64,000 nt of DNA from an uncultured Collinsella sp. (GTDB lineage Bacteria > Actinomycetota > Coriobacteriia > Coriobacteriales > Coriobacteriaceae): NCBI GenBank assembly GCA_949288855.1, contig CASELS010000001.1:68479-132478 (forward strand). Reading direction: 5' to 3'. A model generated the notes under the pieces. It saw nothing but the letters and a program-made list of their open reading frames with translations, was not told where the DNA came from and made no database searches. This document shows, one piece after another, positions 9,919 to 19,469 of the stretch (its first letter is position 1; each line of letters opens with the position of its first letter). The translations under genes were made by a program, and so were the position numbers.

Positions 9919-11556
9919 CTAGCCTGGGGAATGCCCTGCTAGCGCGGGGTAATAACGGCGGCGTCTGCTTTGTGCGGGCGCCGTTGCCTGTATATATCCC
10001 GCCTTGAGCAGAGCTCTTATGTCGCGCCGCGTGGTCGCTAGGTTGATATCGAGGCCCTCGGATATCTCTTGGATTCCTACCGGCGCCCGCTCCTCGACGA
10101 AGTTCATTATTTGCTGTAGACGCTCCTTTCTGTGAGAGGAGCCATCGAAATCGAGACTGACGCGGTTGGAATGTAGCATCGTCGGCAGGATGTCCGGCGC
10201 GGTGTCTGCGCTCCTTGATTGAGGAATGCTGTCCGTTACATTACGGCTGGTAACGACCATTTCTTTTCTGCGCGACGCGTGCTCCGCTGGTGCTACCTCA
10301 GCACTTGGACGCCATAAGACGACTTTGAACTGATCGATGCCGGCGTAAAACTCAGGATCAGGCAGTCCGCGTTCGCGCATCATATTGATCATAAAGGGGA
10401 TGCCCGACCCTTGTCGTTCGGCGTGCAGGCCATCTCCATTGCGCACCGGCATTGTCTCCATCAGATGCATGAGTGTGCTGTTGCGACAGCGGGAGGTGCC
10501 GTCGGCGAGATTCGCAAGGGTTTTGCCGCCCCAGAGCCCTCCGGGGCTCGTGACTTCCACCCGGTTGCGGTAGATGTCGATCACAACAGACTGGCCGACA
10601 AACAGTTCCTGGTACTCGCGATGGGCGACTGCATTGACAATCGCCTCGCGAAGAACCTCCTCGGGAATCTCGGGGGTATCGTGCCTGCTAACACCATCGA
10701 CATAGGAGATGGTGCGCAGGTTGCGTAGCACCGCGCGAACGGCATCGGTGACGGTTTCTGAGAGCGCGCCGTCGCACGTTACACGGTCGAGAAAGCGCGG
10801 CTGACCGGGCTCAGACTTTTCTGTGCCAGGGTGGTGCGCAACATCAATAATCAATGCGGGGAAGTATTGCTGAGGGTAGACGCCTAAGGTCAAAAGGCCA
10901 GCGAGTCTTACCGTACCCTGCTTATCCGTAATGCCCAGGCGTTCTAGGGCCTGCGCATCGTCCGCGACGCCGCGCAGCGCTTTGGACGAAGACATGACGG
11001 CAAGATAGCGGGCAACCTGTTCTGCATCGAGGTCGGATGCGTCCGTCTCCGGCACAGGGCGGCGGTCGCTGTCTACGGGAGTGCCGGCGGTCTGCAGCTC
11101 GTAGATCTCGGCTTTAGAGAGCAGTAGGTCCTTGTCATCGACTCGCTTGAACGTTCCCGAAGCAACGCCGCGCGCAATGAGATAGCAAGGTTTTCGGTTG
11201 ACATCGTTTTCTTCTATAGCAATAGCGAGAATCTCGGTGCCTTCCACCTCCAGTCGCACGAGCTCGTAGCGAGGTGGATTGGCAAGGCGCGCTCCTGATG
11301 GGCTCCCGTCGCCGATCCCCTCGACAAACTGATCTATGACGCGTGACGTATCAAAGCCGGGACATGGTTCAAACCCGTGGCGTTCATCGACGCCCAGAAG
11401 GATTATGCCGCTATGTGTGTTGGCGAACGCGCTGACCGTCTCCCAGACATCGGCGCTAAGGGAGTGAGTGCAGGCCTTTGCTTCGCAACACGCATCGTCT
11501 TTCCCCTGGCTGCGCAGCCGATTGATGGTGCAGATAACTTCTTTGCGATCGATCAT
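9919..11556 (-). CDS. AlbA_2 (Schlafen-like) + RecG-C/HATPase_c_4 + C-terminal HTH protein
   Basis: ETVSAFANTHSGIILLGVDE, LREAIVNAVAHREY, VEVTSPGG, ERQGSGI and a C-terminal wHTH (ATTRRDIRALLKAGYI). Confidence 0.85.
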   Translation of the reverse strand: MIDRKEVICTINRLRSQGKDDACCEAKACTHSLSADVWETVSAFANTHSGIILLGVDERHGFEPCPGFDTSRVIDQFVEGIGDGSPSGARLANPPRYELVRLEVEGTEILAIAIEENDVNRKPCYLIARGVASGTFKRVDDKDLLLSKAEIYELQTAGTPVDSDRRPVPETDASDLDAEQVARYLAVMSSSKALRGVADDAQALERLGITDKQGTVRLAGLLTLGVYPQQYFPALIIDVAHHPGTEKSEPGQPRFLDRVTCDGALSETVTDAVRAVLRNLRTISYVDGVSRHDTPEIPEEVLREAIVNAVAHREYQELFVGQSVVIDIYRNRVEVTSPGGLWGGKTLANLADGTSRCRNSTLMHLMETMPVRNGDGLHAERQGSGIPFMINMMRERGLPDPEFYAGIDQFKVVLWRPSAEVAPAEHASRRKEMVVTSRNVTDSIPQSRSADTAPDILPTMLHSNRVSLDFDGSSHRKERLQQIMNFVEERAPVGIQEISEGLDINLATTRRDIRALLKAGYIQATAPAQSRRRRYYPALAGHSPG

Positions 11557-11575
11557 GGCACCCCTCCCATCTGGA

Positions 11576-11614
11576 TCACTGACAGTATAGCTCAGTGACA
11601 ATGTCAGTGACAAT
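11576..11614 (-). promoter_or_regulatory. Promoter TTGTCA-18-TATACT overlaid by TCACTGA(CA) repeats
   Basis: Minus-strand -35 at 11608-11613 and -10 at 11584-11589; TCAGTGACAAT direct repeat plus inverted TCACTGACA. Confidence 0.55.
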
Positions 11615-11648
11615 ATTGGCAGAGGAATACGGGATTGATAGCGTAAGC

Positions 11649-12545
11649 CTAGCCAGTGGATTGCTGTGCCAGTAGCTCGTCCAAGAACAGCTGCGCGGCG
11701 TGGGGGAGGGCCACATCGCGCTTCCACGCAAAGTCAATGGGTGCGACGGCGGGTGGATAGAGCAAACGAAACGCCAGACCGGTGCCCGACCCCGTGGCGT
11801 TGAGCCCCTCGTAGCCAATCATGCGGCCTGCGCCCTCGCGTACAAAGACCGCCGCGTTGAAGTTGAGGTTGTAGGTTGCCGCCACCTCGATATCGTCCGC
11901 GTGCGGGCCGAGCCAGGTGGCGAAGATGCCCGCCGGCGCATCACCTTGCCAGAGGCGCTCGGGCACGATGAGCGGAGTGTCGCCCAGGTCGGCGGGGCCG
12001 ACGGTTTCCTGGGCGGCGAGTGGGTCGTTCTCGCGCATGATGACGCCCCAGGCATCGGTAGGACGCAGCCTCAGGTGCGCGAAGCGTTCGATATCGGCAT
12101 AGTTCATGAGCACGGCGAAGTCGTCCACACCGCGCTCGAGCCGCTCCACGAGGTCGATGGCGTTGGCGCTGTGCAGGTGGAAGCGCACGCCAGGATAACG
12201 CTCGCGAAAGGCGCGCGCCGCCTGCGCGATGACGCGCACGCCCTGGCTCTCGCCAGCACCGATGCGAACGTCCCCGGCAACGATCTCGTCGGGACAGGTG
12301 AAGTCCGAGGCTGTTTGGTCAGCGAGGCCGACGATTTCCTCGGCACGCCGGCGCAGGTAAAGGCCGCGCTCAGTAGGGGTGACGCTTCTGCTGTGCCGCT
12401 CGAGCAGTTGCGTACCCAGTTCGCGCTCGAGTGCGGCGATCTGTCGTGAGAGCGCCGGTTGCGTCACATGCAAAACCTCGGCGGCATGCGACATGGTGCC
12501 CTCTTGGCAGACGGCGAGAAAGTAGCGCAGGGTGCGAAGCTCCAC
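11649..12545 (-). CDS. LysR-family regulator (paralog of 1473-2348)
   Basis: MELRTLRYF...VTQPALSRQ. Confidence 0.95.
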   Translation of the reverse strand: MELRTLRYFLAVCQEGTMSHAAEVLHVTQPALSRQIAALERELGTQLLERHSRSVTPTERGLYLRRRAEEIVGLADQTASDFTCPDEIVAGDVRIGAGESQGVRVIAQAARAFRERYPGVRFHLHSANAIDLVERLERGVDDFAVLMNYADIERFAHLRLRPTDAWGVIMRENDPLAAQETVGPADLGDTPLIVPERLWQGDAPAGIFATWLGPHADDIEVAATYNLNFNAAVFVREGAGRMIGYEGLNATGSGTGLAFRLLYPPAVAPIDFAWKRDVALPHAAQLFLDELLAQQSTG

Positions 12546-12670
12546 AGTGCCTCCTAACCATAAGTGTCACTCATATCACACTATAGAACATAAGTAATAG
12601 TAATTTATGCTGCATCGCGCGAAACTAAGGCCAGGTAGAGTTGGCGCGCTGAGAGAAGGTGGTGAGGCGG

Positions 12671-13045
12671 ATGCGAGGCGAACGATCGAATCGCATCAAG
12701 TTGGATTTCGATGCCTGCTCCGCCACGGCGCTTCTTAAGGACACGGCGTCCGCTGGCGCGTTTGCTGAGCTGCTGCCGCTGTCGCTCACCGCCTGCTGCA
12801 CGGGCGTGGCGCTTTGTGCCGCCATGCCCTGCGCCCTTCCGGTTGACGCTGACGAGGTGCATCGCGGCTGGTGCAATGGCGACATCGCCTACAACCCGGC
12901 GGGCGGATGGCTCTCGGTGCTCATCGGCGACGAAGAGAACTCGCTGCGCTACGGCGATCAGGTGACGCTCGGCCACATTGAGGGCGACTTCGAGGCGCTG
13001 CGCGCACTCGAAGGCCGTCAATCGCTGCGCATCGCGCTCGTGTAA
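12671..13045 (+). CDS. Cyclophilin-like fold protein
   Basis: AFAELLPLSL...GDIAYNPAGGWLSV...LGHIEG. Confidence 0.7.
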   Translation: MRGERSNRIKLDFDACSATALLKDTASAGAFAELLPLSLTACCTGVALCAAMPCALPVDADEVHRGWCNGDIAYNPAGGWLSVLIGDEENSLRYGDQVTLGHIEGDFEALRALEGRQSLRIALV

Positions 13046-13055
13046 GGAGGACCTG

Positions 13056-14033
13056 ATGGCAGATATCGCAAACACATTGGGGAGCATGTTCTCGCTCATC
13101 ATCGTGACGGTGCTGGGCTATGTGGCGGCGCGCTGCGGGTTCCTCTCTGCCGATATCCGCCCCAAGCTCTCGGGCCTTATCTTCAACATCACGCTACCGT
13201 GCACGATTCTCGCCTCGGTGGGAGAGGTCGATGCCTCCACGGATGCTGAGGCCATCACCTGGTCGCTCGTGCTTGCAGCAGCCCTCTTCTTCGTGATGCT
13301 CGCGGGCGGCGTGCTCGCCAACCTCGTGCTGCGCACCTCGCGTGCCGAGCGGAGCCTCTACCTTTGGATGGGCGTGCTCACCAACACGGGCTTTATCGGT
13401 TTTGCGGTGCTCGAATCAATCTTTGGTGGTCCGAGCGTGTTTCTGGGGAGTATCTTCATCGCCATCTCGAACGTCTTTCTCTACAGCCTGGGCGTGGCGG
13501 TGCTGCGCTCGGGCGGTACGCGCGGCGATGGTGCGGCCGTGAACGGCGCGCCCCTCCGACGCACCATCGATATGCGCGGCATGCTGCGCGATATGGTGAA
13601 CGTGCCTTTGGTGGCAAGCCTTATTGCGATGGTGGTTTTCTTCGCGCGGGTTCCCATACCTGTCCCCATCATGCAGGCGGCAAGCATGGCGGGCGGGGTC
13701 ACCTCGCCCTTGGCCATGATGCTCGTGGGCCTCTCGATTGCCGACGCCAATCTGGGTGCCGTGCTCGGGCAACCGCGCCTTTGGGGCTTCACCCTCATCC
13801 GCTTCCTCGCGGTGCCGCTTGCGGTGTACGTACTGCTGGCGCCGGTGGTGCCGAGCGCGCTTGCCCTCGGCGTCTTTGTGGTGATGCTCGCCATGCCCAC
13901 GGGCTCCATGGCAGGCCCCATCGCGGCAACCTATGGGCAAGACGGTGAGCTCCCTGCGCAGGGGACCATCGTTTCGACCATCGCGAGCTTCGCCATCGTG
14001 CCCGCGCTCATAACCGCCATGAACTTGGGCTAA
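13056..14033 (+). CDS. AEC-family transporter
   Basis: About 10 TM helices; NITLPCTI, TNTGFIG, SPLAMMLVG and LAMPTG. Confidence 0.85.
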   Translation: MADIANTLGSMFSLIIVTVLGYVAARCGFLSADIRPKLSGLIFNITLPCTILASVGEVDASTDAEAITWSLVLAAALFFVMLAGGVLANLVLRTSRAERSLYLWMGVLTNTGFIGFAVLESIFGGPSVFLGSIFIAISNVFLYSLGVAVLRSGGTRGDGAAVNGAPLRRTIDMRGMLRDMVNVPLVASLIAMVVFFARVPIPVPIMQAASMAGGVTSPLAMMLVGLSIADANLGAVLGQPRLWGFTLIRFLAVPLAVYVLLAPVVPSALALGVFVVMLAMPTGSMAGPIAATYGQDGELPAQGTIVSTIASFAIVPALITAMNLG

Positions 14034-14160
14034 ATCCGCATGTTCAGTTCGCTTATGAGCGTGAGATAGCGCGTTGCGAGATATGGGCACCTAAGTCTCA
14101 CTTGTATTGGTAACCGGGGCGGGCCGGCACCCTCGAAAGCCGGCAGAAAAGGAGATCAAT

Positions 14161-14913
14161 ATGGCAGTCAAGCAAACCGCAGGCCGCAACCAGCTGGGTG
14201 TTGTGGCGCCCAAGTTCGCCGAGCTCAACGACGATGTGCTCTTTGGCGAGGTGTGGTCGCGCGAGGACAAGCTCTCGCTCAAGATGCGCTCCATCGTGAC
14301 TGTGGTGACGCTTGTAGCGAAGGGTATGGTGGACAGCTCGTTTGAGTACCACATGGCAACGGCCAAGCAAAACGGTGTCACGCGCGACGAGATGGCCGAG
14401 ATCTTGACCCACGAGGCGTTTTACGCCGGCTGGCCCAACGCGTGGGCAGCCTTCCGCGTGCTGCTCACCGTCTACGGCAACGAGGCGGACGACGGCCAAG
14501 GCGAGAGCTTCTCGCCGATGTTTGGCAAGGGCAACCCCAACGATTCCTCTGCGCAGGACTTTATCGGTCAGTCGTTCCTGAACCCGCTGACCGATCCGGT
14601 TGCGTGCGGCATGGCGCTCTCAAACGTGACGTTTGAGCCGGGGTGCCGCAACAACTGGCACATTCACCACGCCGACAAGGGCGGCGGCCAGATGCTCATT
14701 GTGACCGATGGTCGTGGCTGGTACCAGGAGTGGGGCCGCGAGCCGCAGCTGCTCACGCCGGGCACGGTGGTGTATATCCCCGCGGGCGTGAAGCACTGGC
14801 ACGGTGCCGCACGCGACAGCTGGATGAGCCACATTGCCTTTGAGGTGCCGGGCGAGAACACCTCTAACGAGTGGCTCGAGCCGGTGACGGACGAGGAGTA
14901 CCCGCAGGCATAA
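14161..14913 (+). CDS. Carboxymuconolactone decarboxylase-like + cupin fusion
   Basis: FAELNDDVLFGEVWSR...FYAGWP, followed by NVTFEPGCRNNWHIH...VKHWHGA. Confidence 0.9.
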   Translation: MAVKQTAGRNQLGVVAPKFAELNDDVLFGEVWSREDKLSLKMRSIVTVVTLVAKGMVDSSFEYHMATAKQNGVTRDEMAEILTHEAFYAGWPNAWAAFRVLLTVYGNEADDGQGESFSPMFGKGNPNDSSAQDFIGQSFLNPLTDPVACGMALSNVTFEPGCRNNWHIHHADKGGGQMLIVTDGRGWYQEWGREPQLLTPGTVVYIPAGVKHWHGAARDSWMSHIAFEVPGENTSNEWLEPVTDEEYPQA

Positions 14914-15080
14914 GGCGCTTGCGGCACGCGGCTCAGCAAGGTGCGCACGGCGGATAGGCTGGGCGAGGCCTTCGCAGCCTGCATTCATGTCGCGCGAGCT
15001 TACCTCATTCTTAAGTGGGCGGGCCCCTTGGAATCGGACGGCATGGGTAGGATGAGACCGTACCGAGAAAGGGGTCCGTT

Positions 15081-15770
15081 TTGTCGTTTATCTCCGCGCG
15101 CTTCCGCATCGCCGCTGCCTTGGCGCTTGGGTGCGCTCTGCCGCTCTCGGGTTGCGTCGTCACGGACAGCGCGACTCCCGCGTCTGCGCTCGCATGGCAC
15201 AGCATGCACGACGTTGCCGAGCAGCTGAGTGCGGCGGCAGGGGAGGCATCGTCTGCTCTGGGCGAGGGCGCGGTATCTGCCGCGCAAGCGGGTGCGGCGG
15301 CGTTTGGGCTCGATTCCGCAGCGATTGCGGGTGCCATCGACTCCGCCCTCGACAACCTCGACGAGGCGCCCGCCCTGCTTTGGGCGGCGCTCAACCGGGA
15401 ACGCTCCCTCACCGCGGATTGCCGGCTTGAGGTAGAAGATGTCGCCACTGGCTCGACGGTCGTCGCCCGGTCGTCGGGCGGGCCGGATGCCGCCTCTGCC
15501 CTTGACAAGCTCGATTGCGGGCGCTGGAAGCTTGTGTGCGACCGCCCTGCCGACAGTCAGCGACGGCGTATCTTTCACATCTTCGAGGGGGCGGACTCTG
15601 CCTTGTCCGGTCTGGGCGATGCGGAGGTAACGCACGACGTGGAGGTTGCGCGCATCACCACCTACCACGGGTCGCGTGTGGTGCGCCTTGCCCTGCCCGA
15701 GATGGATATCGATTATGATTTCGAGCTGCCCGCCGAGGACATCGCCACGCTGCGCGGCATCGCGGCGTAG
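15081..15770 (+). CDS. Putative lipoprotein
   Basis: TTG after AAAGGGG; signal peptide with lipobox LSGC. Confidence 0.55.
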   Translation: MSFISARFRIAAALALGCALPLSGCVVTDSATPASALAWHSMHDVAEQLSAAAGEASSALGEGAVSAAQAGAAAFGLDSAAIAGAIDSALDNLDEAPALLWAALNRERSLTADCRLEVEDVATGSTVVARSSGGPDAASALDKLDCGRWKLVCDRPADSQRRRIFHIFEGADSALSGLGDAEVTHDVEVARITTYHGSRVVRLALPEMDIDYDFELPAEDIATLRGIAA

Positions 15771-15783
15771 GGAGGAGAGAGCC

Positions 15784-16062
15784 ATGGAGTTGCCCGAGAC
15801 CCAGAACTACCGGTTCTTCAACCACGCGGCATGCGAGTTCTACCCGTGTCACGACATGCCCGCGGAGGAGCTCAACTGCCTTTTCTGCTTCTGCCCGCTC
15901 TATGCGCTCGGCCCCGATTGCGGCGGCAACCCGCGCTATGTGGGCGAGAAGGGCGACATCAAGGACTGCAGCGCCTGCACGGTTCCGCACCGGCGCGAGA
16001 ATTACGACTGGATTATGCAGCAATTCTCGCGCATTCAAGAGGTGGCAAAGCGTTCTTCGTAA
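15784..16062 (+). CDS. Cysteine-rich small domain (zf-like) protein
   Basis: CEFYPCH...NCLFCFCPLY...CGG...DCSACTVPH. Confidence 0.85.
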   Translation: MELPETQNYRFFNHAACEFYPCHDMPAEELNCLFCFCPLYALGPDCGGNPRYVGEKGDIKDCSACTVPHRRENYDWIMQQFSRIQEVAKRSS

Positions 16063-16065
16063 TCT

Positions 16066-16132
16066 ATAGCGCCTACGTATGGCAAGGCATAGCTTATAGG
16101 TCTTTTACATAGATGAGGCACGCCCGTAGTAT
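16066..16132 (+). promoter_or_regulatory. LysR-type boxes plus sigma70 promoter of the ABC operon
   Basis: ATAGCGCCTACGTAT (T-N11-A, 16066-16080), a second ATAGC box at 16089, and TTTACA(16104)-17-TAGTAT(16127). Confidence 0.55.
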
Positions 16133-16154
16133 CTATGTTGGAAAGGAGACAACT

Positions 16155-16484
16155 ATGGGCGATTTAAGTTCCGATGTCGAACGGTGCCTCTGCGACTGCG
16201 CCTGCGACGCCGAGCGCGTGCAGCGCGCTAAGTGTTCCTGCGAAGAGGGTCGTGCGCGCGAGGCAAAGCGCGTGCTCTTGAGCGAGCGGCAGCGCCTGCT
16301 TGACGAGATGCACAGCCGCCAGCGCGGCATCGATGCCATCGATCACATGCTTCACCGTGTGAGCTGCGAATGCACGCCCCGTCGTACGTGCGCCGACGGT
16401 GCGCAGGAGAAAAGCCCCGATGCAACGTGCGCGGGCGAAGATGCCGGCCTCTTGGGCGAAGGTGAGGTGAGCGCTCGTGGATAG
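16155..16484 (+). CDS. Small Cys-rich hypothetical protein leading the ABC operon
   Basis: GAAAGGAG RBS; 109 aa with 10 Cys; overlaps the permease start. Confidence 0.7.
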   Translation: MGDLSSDVERCLCDCACDAERVQRAKCSCEEGRAREAKRVLLSERQRLLDEMHSRQRGIDAIDHMLHRVSCECTPRRTCADGAQEKSPDATCAGEDAGLLGEGEVSARG

Positions 16485-17151
16485 TGCCACCATCGAGCTT
16501 CTGATCGATGCGCTGCCCAAGATTTTTATCGCGGGCGTAACGGTCACGTTGCCGCTCGCACTTGTGTCGTTTGCCATCGCGCTGGTCATCGCAACGGTTG
16601 TTGCACTCATCCAGTACGCTCGCGTGCCGGTGCTTCGCCAAGTCGCGCGCTTCTACATTTGGGTGGTGCGCGGCACGCCGCTCTTTGTCCAGCTCTACAT
16701 TGTGTTCTTTGGCCTCCCGGATCTGGGTGTCACGCTCGACCCGCTGCCAACGGCGGTCTTGGTGCTCTCCATCAACACGGGTGCCTATTCTGCCGAGACC
16801 ATGCGCGGCGCGCTTGAGAGCGTGCCCGCGGGCCAGGTCGAGGCCGGTTACTGCGTGGGTATGAGCTACTTGCAGGTCATGCGGCGCATCGTGTTGCCGC
16901 AGGCGCTGCGGACCGCCTTCCCGCCGCTTTCCAACGAGCTCATCTCGCTTGTGAAGGACACCTCGCTTGCGTCCGGCATCATGGTGACCGAGATGTTCCG
17001 CGCCACGCAGGAGATTGTTTCGCGCGAGTGGGTGACCATGCCGCTCTACCTGGAGGTTGCGCTCGTGTACCTCCTCTTCTCGACGGTGCTTACCTGGTTG
17101 CAGCGCGTAGGCGAGCGCAAGCTAGCCGCTCAGGGTATGGAAAGGGGCTGA
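16477..17151 (+). CDS. Polar amino acid ABC permease (cystine-type)
   Basis: RGTPLFVQL, the EAA loop GQVEAGYCVGM, and VKDTSL. Confidence 0.9.
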   Translation: MDSATIELLIDALPKIFIAGVTVTLPLALVSFAIALVIATVVALIQYARVPVLRQVARFYIWVVRGTPLFVQLYIVFFGLPDLGVTLDPLPTAVLVLSINTGAYSAETMRGALESVPAGQVEAGYCVGMSYLQVMRRIVLPQALRTAFPPLSNELISLVKDTSLASGIMVTEMFRATQEIVSREWVTMPLYLEVALVYLLFSTVLTWLQRVGERKLAAQGMERG

Positions 17152-17155
17152 CGCC

Positions 17156-17908
17156 ATGTCTGAGATGTTGAGATTGTCCGGCGTGCGCAAATCCTTTGAC
17201 GGCACCGAGGTGCTGCACGGCCTTGACCTTGCGGTCAACAAGGGCGAGGTCGTGGCGGTGCTCGGCCCCTCCGGATCGGGTAAGACAACGCTTCTGCGCT
17301 GCGCGAACTTCCTCGAGCGGGCAGACGCCGGCACGCTTTCGCTTGGTGGCGAGACCTATGACCTCGCGCGCGCCACGCACCGCGAGGTCGCGGCGGTTCG
17401 GCGGCGCACCGGGTTTGTGTTCCAGAGCTACAACCTCTTTCGCAATCGCACGGTCCTCGGCAACGTGGCCGAGGGCCTGGTGGTCGCGCGAAGAGTCCCC
17501 AAAGCGGAGGCCGAGGCACGTGCACACGAGATGCTTGAGCACGTGGGGATGGACGACCGCTGCGACGCCTACCCGGTAGCGCTCTCCGGCGGCCAGCGGC
17601 AGCGCGTCGCTATCGCTCGCGCCATGGCGACCGACCCCGAGATCATCTACTTCGACGAGCCCACCTCGGCGCTCGACCCCGAGCTCACCGGCGAGGTGCT
17701 CGCCGTCATGCGGCGTCTGGCGGAGGAGGGCATGACCATGCTCGTGGTCACGCACGAGATGAGCTTTGCCAGAAACGTCGCCGACCGCGTGGTCTTCATG
17801 GAGGAGGGCCGCGTGGTGGCAGACGCTCCGGCTCGGGACTTCTTTGAGCGCCCCGCCAACGACCGCGTGCGCGCCTTTTTGCGCACGGTCGATGCCTCGG
17901 CAACATAA
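17156..17908 (+). CDS. Amino acid ABC ATP-binding protein
   Basis: GPSGSGKT, LSGGQRQR and FDEPTSALD. Confidence 0.95.
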   Translation: MSEMLRLSGVRKSFDGTEVLHGLDLAVNKGEVVAVLGPSGSGKTTLLRCANFLERADAGTLSLGGETYDLARATHREVAAVRRRTGFVFQSYNLFRNRTVLGNVAEGLVVARRVPKAEAEARAHEMLEHVGMDDRCDAYPVALSGGQRQRVAIARAMATDPEIIYFDEPTSALDPELTGEVLAVMRRLAEEGMTMLVVTHEMSFARNVADRVVFMEEGRVVADAPARDFFERPANDRVRAFLRTVDASAT

Positions 17909-17987
17909 TCGAGTAACAACGTTTTCACGCGTGAACGTTTGCAAGTACGACTATCTAGCAGCTTGAACGTCAAGAAAGGACGCAGCT

Positions 17988-18821
17988 ATGCACAGCATTT
18001 CAAGAAGGGCTTTTATCGGGGGCGCAGGGTCGCTGGCGGTGCTGGCGGGCCTCGGGCTTGCCGGTTGCGGCGGCACGGATGCCGGCTCGGGCTCGACGGC
18101 GACGAGCGGCAATCTCCTCGACACGATCGTGGAGGGCGGCAAGATGACCTTTGCGACCGAGGGCACCTGGAGTCCGTGGACGTTCCACAACGCAGACGAC
18201 GAGCTGACCGGTTTTGATATCGAGGTCGCCCGCGCTATCGCTTCCGAGCTCGACGTAGAGGCGGTCTTTGCCGAGGGCGAGTGGGACGGCCTGCTCGCGG
18301 GCCTTGACTCGGGGCGTTTCGATACCATGGCAAACGGCGTCTCGGTCACGCCCGAGCGCGAGGAGCGCTATGACTTTACCGAGCCCTACGCCTACAACCG
18401 CATCGTGGTCATCACCATGGATGACTCCGACATCTCCAGCATGGAGGACCTCGACGGCAAGCATACGGCCAACACGCTCGGTTCGAGTTATGCCACACTC
18501 GCCGAGAGCTTTGGCGCGACCAACACCGGCGTGGACGATTTCAACCAGACCATCGAGCTCCTCGAGCAGGGGCGTATCGACGCCACGCTAAACGACGAGG
18601 TCGTGTTCTACGACTACATGAAGGCGCACCCCGACGCACCGCTCAAGATCGCTGCCGAGAACGCCGATCCTACGCCCGTGGCATTCCCGCTGCGTAAGGG
18701 CGAGGAGACGGCGGAGCTGCGTGAGGCCATGAACGGGGCGATTGATGCGCTGCGCGAGAACGGCATGCTCTCGAGCCTCTCGGAGGAGTTCTTTGGCGTC
18801 GACATCACGAGTGAGTCGTAG
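17988..18821 (+). CDS. Amino acid ABC substrate-binding lipoprotein with Tat-type signal
   Basis: SRRAFI twin-arginine motif, LAGC lipobox, TEGTWSPW and GFDIEV. Confidence 0.9.
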   Translation: MHSISRRAFIGGAGSLAVLAGLGLAGCGGTDAGSGSTATSGNLLDTIVEGGKMTFATEGTWSPWTFHNADDELTGFDIEVARAIASELDVEAVFAEGEWDGLLAGLDSGRFDTMANGVSVTPEREERYDFTEPYAYNRIVVITMDDSDISSMEDLDGKHTANTLGSSYATLAESFGATNTGVDDFNQTIELLEQGRIDATLNDEVVFYDYMKAHPDAPLKIAAENADPTPVAFPLRKGEETAELREAMNGAIDALRENGMLSSLSEEFFGVDITSES

Positions 18822-18891
18822 CGGGCGGAGCGCGACGCCGCGTGCGCAATCGCTTCCCCTGGGATTTTCCCTAGCGCACGGTATGTGTATC

Positions 18892-18924
18892 GAGGGCTCT
18901 CGGTTTGATTAGCCGAGAGCCCTC
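18892..18924 (+). terminator. Hairpin downstream of the ABC operon
   Basis: GAGGGCTCTCGG / CCGAGAGCCCTC 12-bp stem; no U tract. Confidence 0.6.
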
Positions 18925-18955
18925 TCGCGCTTCGGAAATGAATAAAGCAAGAATA

Positions 18956-18998
18956 AAAACATGTGTTCTATTATATCTAGTATAGAACAAAAGTTCGA
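18956..18998. promoter_or_regulatory. Two tandem LexA SOS-box-like sites
   Basis: AAAAC-ATGT-GTTCT (18956-18969) and TAGAAC-AAAA-GTTCGA (18983-18998), against the Gram-positive consensus GAAC-N4-GTTC. Confidence 0.6.
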
Positions 18999-19172
18999 AT
19001 CCAAGGTTCTCGATAGCTGCGAGTTCTTCTGCCCTATATGGCTCGTTGGACGTGACGTAAAATAAGCAGCATTTGGGCGTGTCTTTTCGGAAGCTGGAAA
19101 AGCTGGCGCCCCTGTCTATCTGATGGTTTGCGGCGGGCCACGCCGAGACGCTGGGCTGTGCAGCGTATTGGC

Positions 19173-19469
19173 ATGACGAGACGGAGTACGCAGATGTGGA
19201 TGATGGCGCTGGCGGCTATCGCTGGATTTTGCTTGGTGTTTATTGCAATCGCCTGTGTGCTGTTTCCACGGGTTCGAACGGCTGGCATTGTGGTGCTCTG
19301 CGTGCTTGCGCTCATTGCGGGGGCGCTCTATATGGTTTATGTCCACGAGACACCGCTAGCGCGCTGGGAGCGTATCAATGCCGATGAGATTGAGCGCCGC
19401 GACCGGGAGCTTGAGGAGAATATCTTCGCCCGCGCGACCCTAAAATGCCCTCTCTGGTCAAAAGGGTAG
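19173..19469 (+). CDS. Possible small two-TM protein or gene remnant
   Basis: Two hydrophobic segments followed by a charged tail; no clear RBS. Confidence 0.35.
   Translation: MTRRSTQMWMMALAAIAGFCLVFIAIACVLFPRVRTAGIVVLCVLALIAGALYMVYVHETPLARWERINADEIERRDRELEENIFARATLKCPLWSKG

Noticed and set aside
17924-17935. Palindrome TTCACGCGTGAA before the binding-protein gene
   Set aside because: Short and single-copy; at most an mRNA hairpin.
19038-19172. TGA read-through (selenocysteine) extending the 19173 ORF
   Set aside because: The upstream peptide looks non-coding, with no RBS, redox motif or SECIS-like hairpin.
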